In this document: positions 30,727 to 42,500 of the stretch, one piece after another
Position numbering within the stretch: position 1 is the first letter of the stretch
Layout of the letters: every line of letters begins with the position of its first letter
IMG/VR virus record: IMGVR_UViG_3300032296_002111
Location: 3,880 to 67,879 of that record
DNA length: 64,000 nucleotides
Source: a virus
Strand: one strand, 5' to 3'
Notes under the pieces: generated by a model
The model's database searches: none
What the model was told of the DNA's origin: nothing
The model's input: the letters and a program-made list of their open reading frames with translations, nothing else
Position numbers and translations under genes: made by a program

Positions 30727-32184
30727 ATGGCAAATCCATTGTATGGCGTACAAGGCTCATCAGCCAACAGCCCACAAAACGTAGCGGATGCCGCTACCCT
30801 CTCCGGACTTGCGGACACCGTGTCCTTCGTTCGTGAATTTTGGCCTACACTTCTTGACCGCTACCCTGACAGGCAGCTCATCGAGAACGGACTTATGGCT
30901 CACCTCGTAGACAACAAAGCTTTTGTTGGCGTTCAAACCAACACTACGCAAGTTTTCCACGCTGAACAAGATTCTGTTCTTGCTACTTTGACAGTTCAAA
31001 GCGCTCCTACCTCTTTGGGTGGTAATGCTTACAGAATCATTGTAGATGCTACACAGTATAGTGGAACTCAAGGCCCAGCTGGATTTTACAACTACGCCAC
31101 CGTAGGTCAGAACTTCCAATTGGCAAACAACCCAGGCGTTATTTGTAATGTGTACGATGTAGTGTTCCCCGACACCACTGGTGGCGCCACTCACTACATT
31201 GACGTATATAGCAACGGAACTGTGAATCTTGCCACTGCTATTTCTGCTGGTGACACTCTGCTTCCACAGGATGCTGTAAACGACGTAAACGGAGACTTCC
31301 CTAACGGTTCTGTTCGTGGATGGGCTCGTTATGGCGTTAGCTTCCAATATATGTCCACTGGCTCTGCCATCGTTGGTCAGGACACCTACAACCAGTCATT
31401 CATGTTCCAATTGGAAGGCGGTCAGTCTATTCTTGCTCCTCGCATTTTTGCTGACGCTATGATGACCGCTATGCTTCGTAAGTCTGCTGCCATCACTGTT
31501 GGTAAGGGCGATACTTATGGCGGTAAGCAAACCACCGTTGGTTTCGTTTCTGCTGCTCAGGCTTTCGGCTTGACAGATGACTATGCTGCTGGTGGTGTTC
31601 AAATGTCTGACCTTGAGGACATCGGAATCCGTCTTCAGAATCGTGGTGCTGGTACTGAGCTTGACCTGTGGGGTGGATATAACTTCATGCAGTCAATTCA
31701 GCGTAACGCTCTGTCTCCTTTGACAGGTGGAGCTGTTCAGTACATCAGCGGTGAAATGAACGATGGTTCTGCAAGTTCTCGTCCAGGCTTGAAGAAATCT
31801 CTTGGTCACTTCATCCTTGGTAAATTCAAGGTGAACTTGAACGAGGCTTCTGAGTGGGCGCACAAGGCTATGTACTCTCCTGATTTAGGTGGTACTTCCC
31901 TCACCTCTGGTTATTGGGCTAATGCTTTCTGCATCATCCCTAAAGAAGACGTTGCTGTTCCTCGTGAACTCACCAACACTTCTTACACTGTTACCGCTCC
32001 TATGTTCCGGGTTCTTCAGTTGAAGGCTCCTGTAACCACTGGCGGAACTCCTGTGATGAACCAGATTGTAAAGCGTGACCCTGCACACTTTGGCGCTATG
32101 AAGTACCAAATCATTAACAATGAATACTTCGCTGCCCAGACCATGCTGGCTTCTAAGCTGTACTTCGGAGGAACTATCATCTAA
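30727..32184 (+). CDS. Major capsid protein
   Basis: 485 aa, strong codon bias (gct/ggt/act/tct), follows portal-scaffold, strong terminator downstream. Confidence 0.75.
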   Translation: MANPLYGVQGSSANSPQNVADAATLSGLADTVSFVREFWPTLLDRYPDRQLIENGLMAHLVDNKAFVGVQTNTTQVFHAEQDSVLATLTVQSAPTSLGGNAYRIIVDATQYSGTQGPAGFYNYATVGQNFQLANNPGVICNVYDVVFPDTTGGATHYIDVYSNGTVNLATAISAGDTLLPQDAVNDVNGDFPNGSVRGWARYGVSFQYMSTGSAIVGQDTYNQSFMFQLEGGQSILAPRIFADAMMTAMLRKSAAITVGKGDTYGGKQTTVGFVSAAQAFGLTDDYAAGGVQMSDLEDIGIRLQNRGAGTELDLWGGYNFMQSIQRNALSPLTGGAVQYISGEMNDGSASSRPGLKKSLGHFILGKFKVNLNEASEWAHKAMYSPDLGGTSLTSGYWANAFCIIPKEDVAVPRELTNTSYTVTAPMFRVLQLKAPVTTGGTPVMNQIVKRDPAHFGAMKYQIINNEYFAAQTMLASKLYFGGTII

Positions 32185-32199
32185 TAGAAACTTCGCAAT

Positions 32200-32234
32200 A
32201 AAAAGAGGGCCGCTGAAAAGTTGGCCCTTTTTTT
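32200..32234 (+). terminator. Intrinsic terminator
   Basis: agggcc-gctgaaaagtt-ggccct followed by T-run. Confidence 0.75.
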
Positions 32235-32268
32235 GTTTATTTGCGTAATAAATAAAACATAAACAATT

Positions 32269-33240
32269 ATGATAGTATCAGACAGCCGTGCAGGCATCAA
32301 TGAAATTAACACATGGCCTGCCGAAGTAGAAGAGAAATTGATTTCGCTTGAGCCAGGCGACCTCGTAAAAGTTAGGCTGAATCCAAACCTTTGGTTCACT
32401 GTATTTGAACAGAGGGGAACAAGCCAAGATATGAATCGTCCTGTTTCAAGTGGAATGGTAAAAAAGATAGGGCAGCATGGCATTCCGTCTCCTTGGACTA
32501 TTCGTTGGGAAAGAAGGCCATATCAAATTGGCTTCCTTGAGGGGTATGACGTTAATGGTAATGCTCGCTATCACCACCCTTTATTCTCTGAAACTGGAGA
32601 GATGACATTCAATGGCGACAAGGGGGGCGACAGAGAGCGTTTCTTTGCTTTGCAACTCCATCCTCAAATGCGTATCGACCCTCTTACAGGAATTGAGCGC
32701 AAGACATGGAAGTTTGAAATTGTTGACGAGGAGAAGGATAGTGGCGGAATTACAAGGGACTTTGAAGTTAAGCTGGCCCTCTTGAACAAAATCAAGGACC
32801 TTGATGATGCAAGTCTGAACATCTTAATGAAGCCATCTATGTATGAGCGTTCATTCTTCAACAAGCCAGACCTTATAGGCAAGCCAAAGGCTTCCCGGGC
32901 CATTCTTGTAAAGAAAGTGGAAGGAGGAGAGTACAAGAACGTGGACGCTGCTTTCAAGGCATTGGACGAGGTGAACAAGATAGGAATCATTTACGATGCC
33001 CTCACTTCCCGTAAGCTCATCTGCACGGAGACAAAATTGATGCGTTACGATGGCATGGAAATTTGTACCTTTGCAGAGGAGATTTCAATTCCTAACATGG
33101 AAACGGCTGCCATCAATATCTTCCGTTATGCGGCTCACGTGCCGAACTTTGACGAGAAGGTGATTGAGTTCTTCCGTGAAGGGTTTGAGGCTGCCAAAAC
33201 TACTGCTCACAAGGGCCGTAGGGGAACAAATAATGCCTAA
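32269..33240 (+). CDS. Hypothetical protein downstream of capsid
   Basis: 323-aa ORF; ALQLHPQM...KFEIVDEE. Confidence 0.65.
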   Translation: MIVSDSRAGINEINTWPAEVEEKLISLEPGDLVKVRLNPNLWFTVFEQRGTSQDMNRPVSSGMVKKIGQHGIPSPWTIRWERRPYQIGFLEGYDVNGNARYHHPLFSETGEMTFNGDKGGDRERFFALQLHPQMRIDPLTGIERKTWKFEIVDEEKDSGGITRDFEVKLALLNKIKDLDDASLNILMKPSMYERSFFNKPDLIGKPKASRAILVKKVEGGEYKNVDAAFKALDEVNKIGIIYDALTSRKLICTETKLMRYDGMEICTFAEEISIPNMETAAINIFRYAAHVPNFDEKVIEFFREGFEAAKTTAHKGRRGTNNA

Positions 33241-33245
33241 TTGAC

Positions 33246-33446
33246 ATGGACACCTTAGCAACTTTAACGGCCAAATATCAAACCTCCCTGGCTTTTGACA
33301 TTCAGGGAGGCTGCGTGGCTGCCTCTCAGCGTACACAAATACTGCTTGCTTTTGTGCAGGAAGTGACGTATAGACAGAGTGCGGCAGTGAACGATGAAGT
33401 GACGGCCAATCAGTTGCTAACTTTTACATATCAAAACTATCCTTAG
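33246..33446 (+). CDS. Hypothetical protein
   Basis: Operon packing, terminator downstream. Confidence 0.5.
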   Translation: MDTLATLTAKYQTSLAFDIQGGCVAASQRTQILLAFVQEVTYRQSAAVNDEVTANQLLTFTYQNYP

Positions 33447-33480
33447 TGTTTTTCATAAAATTGAACAATTGGTTATGAGA

Positions 33481-33510
33481 ATAGGGGGAATTTTGTTCCC
33501 CTTTTTCTTT
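33481..33510 (+). terminator. Intrinsic terminator
   Basis: ggggaa-ttttg-ttcccc followed by T-run. Confidence 0.65.
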
Positions 33511-33515
33511 TATAT

Positions 33516-33920
33516 TTGACCCCCATGAACACAAGGCTTGGAGTTCACGTTGCAACAAAGGACAAGATTCCTCAGAATGATTTTGAGAAGCGTTGTCTTA
33601 TTGCCTCTTGTTTAACATGGCAAGAGTATAACGGGCCTATTGTAATTGTCCTTGACGAGGCTTTTTACATTTGGCTTCATTATAGTGGCCTTGAGGTTCT
33701 CTATCAGGACATCATTCCAATAGACATTGAATACCAAACGGAGGAGGACGTGAGGGCGCACTTCAAGGAACATATTCCGTATGACCTTTTCTTTGTTGGC
33801 CTTAACGAAGTGAGCGACCCAAACGGGGGTGGTAAAACTTATTTTATTAAAGGAAAAAAAGATTTTGTAGATTTGCAAGTAGAACTTTTACCTGAAGAGT
33901 ATAAGAAATTATGGCAGTAA
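33516..33920 (+). CDS. Hypothetical protein (probable ATG start at 33525)
   Basis: TATATTTG box at 33511-33518. Confidence 0.55.
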   Translation: MTPMNTRLGVHVATKDKIPQNDFEKRCLIASCLTWQEYNGPIVIVLDEAFYIWLHYSGLEVLYQDIIPIDIEYQTEEDVRAHFKEHIPYDLFFVGLNEVSDPNGGGKTYFIKGKKDFVDLQVELLPEEYKKLWQ

Positions 33921-34822
33921 CACCCGTAGGGGCCACTATACCAGCACCAAATCCGAACAATATAGTTGCAACAAATTATGCTGTTCCGGGTATTGTATTT
34001 GCAAAGGTTACGGAGGCCAATCTTGCAGTGGCAAATTCACAGAGTGGTGGAGATGCTAATAGTCTTAGTGACATTATTGAGCCTGTTACGCTTGCTACGG
34101 GCAAAATTACATCAGACGATACAACTGCGGTTGTATTTGGATATGACACAAGGTTTCTCACTGACTTTTCAAATGGGGACTATTTGTTTTATTACAATAA
34201 TGATGCCTCTCCTATTTTATTAGGAAAGATTCAAAATAGAGATAGTGATACACAAATCACACTTACGGCCTTTAGTAGTGTTACTTTAACAAATCAAACT
34301 TTTTGTGGCGGGTCAAATTCTGTAATCCCAAGAGGCGAGAACCTTCTTGTCAGATTCCCTGTTATTCCGCAAGGCTCTGGAATTATTATTCCTAATTGGA
34401 ATCAATTCAGGCAAGCCCCGGTTTCTCAAAGTAGTTTTAACAAAACCTCATTGAGTAGCATAACCACATATAGTGCTGTTGGAGACCCTACCATTTACGA
34501 CCCATCTGGGGCTAATGTTCAATTCACCATTACTCCAATATTTCCATACACCCAAACTCAGTATTCAAATGGGTATAAATATATTTGGACAACGGCCTCT
34601 GCCTTTCCTAATTTTATTTATGCTATCATTAATCCTTATGGAGCTGGTTCTGCAAAACTCCCAGCAAATACATTGTATAAATTATTTGCCAATCAAAACT
34701 CAAGTGGGGTTGTAGCTTCCATAATATATCCTGTTTTGTTTATGCAGACAATAGGATATGCCGCTTTTGATATGGCTCCTCCAGTAGTTAATCCAAACTC
34801 CACGCCTGGTGGGGAAAATTAA
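33911..34822 (+). CDS. Putative virion protein (paralog of 34846-35655)
   Basis: S/T/N-rich; shares YLFY..LGKIQ..DSDTQITL, IPNW, FPNFI, TLYKL with the next gene. Confidence 0.6.
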   Translation: MAVTPVGATIPAPNPNNIVATNYAVPGIVFAKVTEANLAVANSQSGGDANSLSDIIEPVTLATGKITSDDTTAVVFGYDTRFLTDFSNGDYLFYYNNDASPILLGKIQNRDSDTQITLTAFSSVTLTNQTFCGGSNSVIPRGENLLVRFPVIPQGSGIIIPNWNQFRQAPVSQSSFNKTSLSSITTYSAVGDPTIYDPSGANVQFTITPIFPYTQTQYSNGYKYIWTTASAFPNFIYAIINPYGAGSAKLPANTLYKLFANQNSSGVVASIIYPVLFMQTIGYAAFDMAPPVVNPNSTPGGEN

Positions 34823-34845
34823 AAAAAAATAACATTTAAAATAAT

Positions 34846-35655
34846 ATGGCAACATATAATATTCCATCAATCAATTACTACAGGGTGAATGCCACAAACA
34901 CTGCTATTGCTACAAGTGCAAGCGGAGACGGAAGCCCAACAGAAGAAATACTTGCTCCTTCGCCTGAGGGATTGTTTCAAAGCAACTCTGGGGCCATTAT
35001 CACTGGAGATGGAAGTGGCGACTTTGCCAATTGGAATGAGGGGATGTATCTGTATTATACAGAATCCTTAACGGGCCAATATGTTTTAATGGGGCAAATA
35101 GAAACAATTGATAGCTCAACTCAGCTTACATTAGTTGATACTCCTCTTTCAACAGAAGCTAATGCTGTACTTTCCGCATCTTTTTCGCTCATCACCATTA
35201 ATGAGAGTCTTTATATAAGGATAGCAACAAGCACTTCTGGAGCGCCAAATGGAGGGATGAATATTCCAAACTTTGCTTCTCCATATTGGAGAACTGGGGC
35301 TGGAGTAACCGCTAACAACAATAGCAACCAAGCCTCATTGACGCAATTTAGTTCCACAGGAACCCCTATTAGCACTTTGTCGCCAACTGTAAACATCCCG
35401 TTTACGTTCCAAACAATGAATGTGTTTTCGGTAAGTTCTTCAAGCACCCGTACACAAATATTTTATTGGAACTCATCGACAGAGTTCCCTAATTATATTT
35501 GGATAAGAATAACGCCAAGAACATCTGCAACAAGTAGTTCACTCAATAGCCAAACGCTTTATAGATTGAGCGTGGAGGAGGTATCAGAGGCATTGGTTAT
35601 TACAGCAAACTTTGCTCAGCAATCACTTGCAAATGCAGGATATAGTTTGGCGTAA
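34846..35655 (+). CDS. Putative virion protein (paralog of 33911-34822)
   Basis: YLYY..MGQIE..DSSTQLTL, IPNF, FPNYI, TLYRL. Confidence 0.6.
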   Translation: MATYNIPSINYYRVNATNTAIATSASGDGSPTEEILAPSPEGLFQSNSGAIITGDGSGDFANWNEGMYLYYTESLTGQYVLMGQIETIDSSTQLTLVDTPLSTEANAVLSASFSLITINESLYIRIATSTSGAPNGGMNIPNFASPYWRTGAGVTANNNSNQASLTQFSSTGTPISTLSPTVNIPFTFQTMNVFSVSSSSTRTQIFYWNSSTEFPNYIWIRITPRTSATSSSLNSQTLYRLSVEEVSEALVITANFAQQSLANAGYSLA

Positions 35656-35677
35656 AATATCCATTAAGCACGACTAA

Positions 35678-36595
35678 ATGGCAAGCATTGATGTTTTCTT
35701 CAGGACAGCAGGGGCTAAGAAAGCTTTCGTTTCAACGACAGACAGCTCCTCCTTTGCTCGTTCCTCGTCTATATTCAATGCTTTAACGACAACAACAAGC
35801 AACACGCAGGTCTTTGGAACGCCAAATTCTACAAGTGCTTTCTTTTTAACGTCAGGTTTCTACCAAATATTCAAATCGTCTTCTGTGGCTTCTGTGTTTC
35901 TAACAACACCCACAGCCAACCCCACAAAAGAACTTGTTCTTAAAATAGGAACACTTGGGCCTAACACAGACTGCACTTATGTGGAGGTTCCTGACGCCAC
36001 AGGAGAATACGATGCCACTACAAATCCAGGAGGCTACAATCCCGTAGGAGACCCCTTCAATCCATATCGCCCATATAGAGGGTCTGTAAAGCTATGGACC
36101 GTTTATAAAGTGTGGAATACGCCAATTGGAACTGGAAATATAGGCGACACGCAAACGCCTTCCACGCAAGCAGAACAGAATGATGTAGATTATACATACA
36201 CTCTCTATTTCCCTACAGAAACAATAGAGAATGAAGCCATTGTTATTAAGGGAATTTACGAAATCATTCTAATTGCCGCTCCTTCTTCAGAGAACTATGA
36301 AGAATATATAGGCAATGTAAATCTTTATAGCATTGCTAATGAGCTTGATGATTGGTATGTCACATCTGTTGGCATAATGGTGGATTGCGAGGTGATTAAT
36401 TGCCTTAACAGAAGGCGGTATGAGTTCCTTCAAGGCGTTATGTGCGGGAGATGCGATGATGATTATCTTTTGTTCTATTCCGATTATATAGGTATGCTAT
36501 CGGCAATGGAAATACAAGACTGGCCCACAGCCGTAGAGTTTTATAATAAGCTTAAAACCCAATGCAGCACAGTTGAACCTAGCTGCGGATGTTAA
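35678..36595 (+). CDS. Putative tail/virion protein
   Basis: DATGEYDATTNPGGY motif; Cys-rich C-terminus; precedes the fibre gene. Confidence 0.55.
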   Translation: MASIDVFFRTAGAKKAFVSTTDSSSFARSSSIFNALTTTTSNTQVFGTPNSTSAFFLTSGFYQIFKSSSVASVFLTTPTANPTKELVLKIGTLGPNTDCTYVEVPDATGEYDATTNPGGYNPVGDPFNPYRPYRGSVKLWTVYKVWNTPIGTGNIGDTQTPSTQAEQNDVDYTYTLYFPTETIENEAIVIKGIYEIILIAAPSSENYEEYIGNVNLYSIANELDDWYVTSVGIMVDCEVINCLNRRRYEFLQGVMCGRCDDDYLLFYSDYIGMLSAMEIQDWPTAVEFYNKLKTQCSTVEPSCGC

Positions 36596-36598
36596 TGT

Positions 36599-39500
36599 AT
36601 GGCTAACTTTCTTGATGATATTACCTCCTATAACGCAAAGGCTTCACTTGCTATTGCGTTAGCCGTTAAGGAATGTCGTAATGATACGGCAAACCTAATG
36701 TCTTCCTTAAAGACAACTGCAAACGATACATCGCTATCGGAGCCAGTTAGGCTACAAGCATTAACAGCTCTTATAAATGTAGGAGGACTACTTGACATTC
36801 CGCTTCCTCCATATTTCCCTGTCACCACCACTTATGCTACCACACAGTCTTATGTTGGCATACACAATGACCTATCTGGTCTTCAGGGAGGAGCGGCAGG
36901 AGAGTATTATCACTTAACTGCTGCCGAAAGGACCTCCATCTTAAATAAAGCGGGACTGAGTGATATTACATTCGCAAATCTTCAGGGAGTTTACACTCAG
37001 AACAATAGCCTTAACACGGCAATAAACAGCAAGCAAGACCAACTTAATGCGCCAGTAGGCAATTATTTTGTCAAGATAAGTGGCACTACAATTTCCTACG
37101 ACAATAGCACATATTTAACGAGTGCTACGCTTGCCTCTACCCCCGCTACGGGTCAGTTATCAGGCACATTTGGGAACCCCATTCTCAGTAATGCTGCTGT
37201 AATTGCGAAAGTGCTTACGGGGTGGAACGGGAGCGTGTCTCCTGCCTCCATCACTTCTTCTGATTCGATTCTTACGGCACTTCAAAAACTGAATGCCAAT
37301 ATAAACGATGTAATAGCAAATCCTGCGGGTGTAAGTACGGTGGCCCTAACAATGCCATCTTCTGTATTTACATACACATCCACGCCTTCAAGCGGGGCTG
37401 TAATGCTGAGCGCTTCGTTTAACACGCAAACTGCGAATAGATTTTTTGCAGGACCAACAACGGGGGCGGCAGCTATTCCCACATTCCGTGCGCTTGTGGC
37501 TGCCGATTTGCCTTCGGGTGTGGTAACTCCAGGAACTTATGGCTCTGGCGCTGCGATTCCAGTTATTACAGTGGACACTTATGGAAGAGTGACGGGCATA
37601 ACCACTGCTCCAAGTGCTTCTGGCGGACAAGTGAATACGGTGATGCTAACGGGAAGTGGTATTTTCAGTTTAACGCAGCCTGGCAGCACTCCTACGGATG
37701 TTGTATGGAATATAGGACTTGCTACGCAAACTCCAAATTTTGTGTTCGCTGGCCCCGCCACAGGAAGTACGCCACTTGCACCGGGATTTCGTGCCTTGGT
37801 GGCTGCTGACATTCCTTCTCTTACCATTAGTAAAATATCGGGTCTTCAGAGTGCGCTTGACTCCAAGATGACATATAGCCTCAATGATGGGGAGATATGG
37901 ATAGGAAATAAAGCAAACGCCCCTATAAATCATAGTCTCACGGGGGATGTTTTAATGACTCGTGAGGGGGTTGTTACTATACAGCCAGAGGCGGTAACAT
38001 TTGCCAAGATGCAAAATATCACTTCAGGCAATTTGCTTGGAAGGTATGATGCATCAAGTCCTGGCTCTATTCAGCAAATAAGTCTTGACCCGCTTTCATT
38101 TAATTTGGACGCTTTTGGAGTGCTTTCTCTTGCCACTCCCGTTGCTCCCGTTATTAACACAAAGGGAAGCCTTATTACATATAGGCAAAGCATAGGAGAC
38201 CAAGTTCAATTATATGCAGGAACGAATGGTCAAATTCTAATCCCTAACAATAATTTAGATGATGGATTGGAATGGGTGGATGTAACAGGTGATATTACGC
38301 TTGATACAGCTAATCCAAGCGGGGCAGCAACAATATCAGCAGGAGCCGTTACGCTTGCTAAGATGGCCAATCTTGCAGCCAATTCTTTCATAGGCAACAA
38401 CACGGGCAGTTCAGCTACGCCTATTGCGCTTACGACAGCGCAAGCAACGGCTATGCTTAACGTGTTCGACACTGCCTCTACAACTAAAGGGCTTGTGCCT
38501 GGAAGCAATAGCCTTGGAAGCACCTATTTCCTTTGTGCTGACGGAACGTGGCAGCCCGTAACGGGAACAGGAACTGTGACCACCGTAAGCGTTGTTTCGG
38601 CTAATGGTTTTGCAGGAACTGTGGCAAACGCTACAACAACACCTGCCATTACGCTTTCCACTACCATAACGGGAGTGCTTAAGGGAAATGGAACGGCTAT
38701 TTCCACAGCTATAGCAGGAACAGATGTTGTTACTCCAGGAACAATTACGCAAACATCAGGAGCGGGAAGTGGTCTTGAAATGGCTACTGCTCGCATACTT
38801 GGTCGCACAACGGCTGGAACAGGGCCAATTGAGGCCATTTCTGCTGGGGCTACACTAACGCTTTCAGGAGGCAGCCTTGGCATCAACTTAGGCAATCTTA
38901 ACACGTGGACAGCCAAGCAGACTTTCTCCGCAGGCATTCAGCTTAACGGAGCCACTTCTGGATATGTTCAAATAAACGCTCCTGCCGTTGCTGGGACGCA
39001 GACATACACGCTGCCAACAGGAACGCCATCAGGAAGCAATCAGTTCCTCACGGCCACAACAGGAGGTGTTCTTTCATGGGCCTCTCCTGTGGGGACCACC
39101 ACTAACGCTGTTACGTTTAACAATAGCGGAAGCGGAGCAGCCTCAGGAACGACATTTGACGGCTCTGTTGCTCGTACAATAAGCTACAACACAATAGGGG
39201 CGCAGGCATTGAACGCCAACCTCACAGGACTTTCTGCTCTGTCTTATTCAAGCGGAACGCCATTTGTGAAAATGACGGCAGCAGGAACATTCGCCCTTGA
39301 CACAAACACGTATGTAACGAATGTGTCCTTCACAGGAGGTCTTATTTCTGTGGCCACTCCTTCCACTACGCCTGCCTTCACTGTCGCAGGAACGCAAGGA
39401 GGAATTGTGTATTTCACAAGTGGGTCAACATGGGCCTCCACTTCAGCCTTAGACCAAGGAGAACTCCTTGTCGGAGGAGGAACGGGGTCGCCTTCCACTA

Positions 39501-42500
39501 TTAACACAGGAGCAACTGACACTATTCTTATAAGCAATGGGCCTGGGTTCTCTCCAAGTTGGAGTACGGCTACATATCTTGTAACGACAAGTGCGAACAG
39601 ACTTCTTTATAGTTCAGCCAATAATGTCATCGACGAAATCGTTGCCCCATCATCGGCGAACACCTATCTGAAGTGGGATGGTTCTTCATTCACATGGGAT
39701 GTAGCAGGTGGCGGAGGTGGAAGTGGAACAGTGAGTACAGGCACAATAGGTCAGCTTGCTTATTACACCGGGACCACCACCGTGGCAAGTTTCTCTGCCG
39801 CCAATAGTATCATCTACGGCAATAATTCCAATAATGTCGCAGCATTACCTTACGGCACAGAAGCTAATAAATATCTAAGGGTTAATGCCACTGGCACAGC
39901 ACTTATCTGGGACACTGCTGGAACTGGCACTGTAACAAGCGTAGGGCTAACAATGCCAGCAGCATTTAATGTAAGCATCCCAACGATTACTACATCAGGC
40001 ACATTTGCCGTAACGGCAGCAGGAACAGCGGCCCAATATATTCGTGGAGATGGACAACTTGCTTTATTGCCTACATCAGGAGGTGGCGGTGGAACTTCTG
40101 TTAGTTATTACCTGAACGGCTCTGTTTCTCAGGGAATCAATAACTATAAGCAGATGAGCAAAGTTCCTGTAATTGGTTTAGGAACAGACTTCACGCTTAC
40201 AAATACTACAGGGGCGCAGGTAATGGCCGAGTTCCTTACAGATGCCAATGACCCATCTTTGTTGAACATCCCCGCTGGAGCATGGACAATAAATCTGTTC
40301 TTTTCTGTTAACAATGCTAATGCGGCTCCATCGTTTTATGTTGAACTCTTAAAATACGATGGAGCCACATTTACACCAATAGCGACAAGTCCTTCAGAAG
40401 ATATTTCAAATGGAACAGCTATTAACTATTACAGCACATCCATTGCTCTTTCTTCTACGGCTCTTTCCGTAACAGATAGGCTTGCAATTCGTGTATATGT
40501 AAACACGAATGGAAACAGAACCGTTACGCTTCACACAGAGGATAGCCACTTGGCTCAGGTGGTTACAACATTTTCCACTGGCATCACTTCTTTAAACGGG
40601 TTGAATACTCCGGTGCAGTTCTTTGCCAATGGCTCTTCAGGACTTGCTCCGGCTTTTGTTAGTTCAACATCAACACACACGCTGAACATTCCTCTTGCTT
40701 CAACAGCAAGCGTTACGGCGGGTCTTATAAGCAACACTGACTACACCAATTTCTCTAATAAAATATCCAATCCAATGACAGCATTGGGGGATATTATTTA
40801 CGGAGGAGCATTGGGAGCCCCTACGGCACTTGGAATAGGAAGCGTAAATCAAGTGCTTACTGTCTCTGCTGGCGGTATTCCTACATGGACAAATGCTGGG
40901 ACAGGTGATGTAATAGGACCGTCCTCCTCTCTTGATGGGAACTTTGCTGTGTTTAGCGGACTTGGAGGCAAGACAATTGCTGAACCTGCTGCGGCTTCTT
41001 TGACAACAGGAGGAAGGGCAACATTTAATGATGGAGTAGATGTAGGAGTAAGCAATAGTGCTACAGGAACGCTTGTGTTCCGCAACAACACAACATCAGC
41101 AACAACGACATTCCAGTCTTCTACATCACAATCATCAAATGCCTCTTATGTTTGGCCTCAAGCACAAGCCACTTCTTCTGGATTGGTGCTTACTAATGAT
41201 GGGGCGGGGAATTTGTCTTGGACGGCAACAGGTACTGGGAATGTAACCTTGGCAGGAACAAATCCTTTTACAGGAGCTAATTCATTTTCAAGTTCGGTAA
41301 CAGTCCTTTCTACGGGTACTTTTACGCTTACAACTCCCGGAACTACTGGAACAACAAGGTTGGTAAGTAGTGCTACGGTTGCTTTAAATCAAATTATTAC
41401 ATTTCCAAATGCAACAGGAACGGTTGCGCTAATTAATACAGCTCAAACATTTACTGGTAATCAAAATTTTCAATCTGGAAATATAACAATTGGAGGCAAC
41501 GGCACTTCGGGCGTTTTTAGAATTGGAAACAACTCTTCTACTGGAGTAACAATTTTAGCAAGTGCCGCCACTACTGCGGCGCAGCATATTGTTACATTAC
41601 CAAATGCAGCAGGAACAGTTGCTCTTGCTGATGTTTCACAAACTTTTTCCGCAGCTCAATTTTTTAATGCCCAATTAACAATTAACGGCAACGGGGTTGG
41701 AGGCAGTTTTAGAATTCAAAGCCCTTCCTCTACCGGATATACATCTTTAACAACTAATGCCACTACTGCGGCACAGCATACTGTTACATTTCCAAATGCA
41801 GCAGGAACTGTGCCATTACTTGGTCTTGCTCAAAACTGGAGTGCATTACAGACATTTCAAAACGGCATATCACTAACAACTGCTGGTACATTCACTACAG
41901 CCGCTTCGGTGGCCTCTACATTTAGCGGCTCGGCAGCATTTAACTCATCAACAACATTTACTTCGTCAGCAACATTTAACAGCGGTGTAGCAAGATTTGG
42001 AAACACTTCTAATACATTTTTTTACACAATTGTTGGAAGTGCAATTGGCGCAGGAAGACAATTAACTCTTCCGCTTATTACAACAAACGATACATTTGCT
42101 GTCCTTGGTCTTGCTCAAAGTTTTTCTGCCGCTCAAACATTTAATGGCGGGATTACAATGGGAGCAGCAATAACCGGAGCCGCATCTCAAGATGTTTTTA
42201 ATACAACGTCCACCACCATAAACTTTGCAGGCGCAGCCACAACACTTGCAATAGGCAACACTGCCACCGCTGCTCAAACCGTTAATATGTTTACCGCCTC
42301 AACAGGGGCATCAACATATAACTTTGCAACGGGAGCAACAGCTAACGCCACCACAAAGACCATAAATATTGGTACGGGTGGTGCAGCTGGTTCTACTACT
42401 AATATTACATTTGGGACATCAGCAACCACAAATCTTCGCTTCTTTGGCTCTGCAAACACATCCGGCAAGCCAACAGTAACTGGCAGTAGAGGAGGAAATG

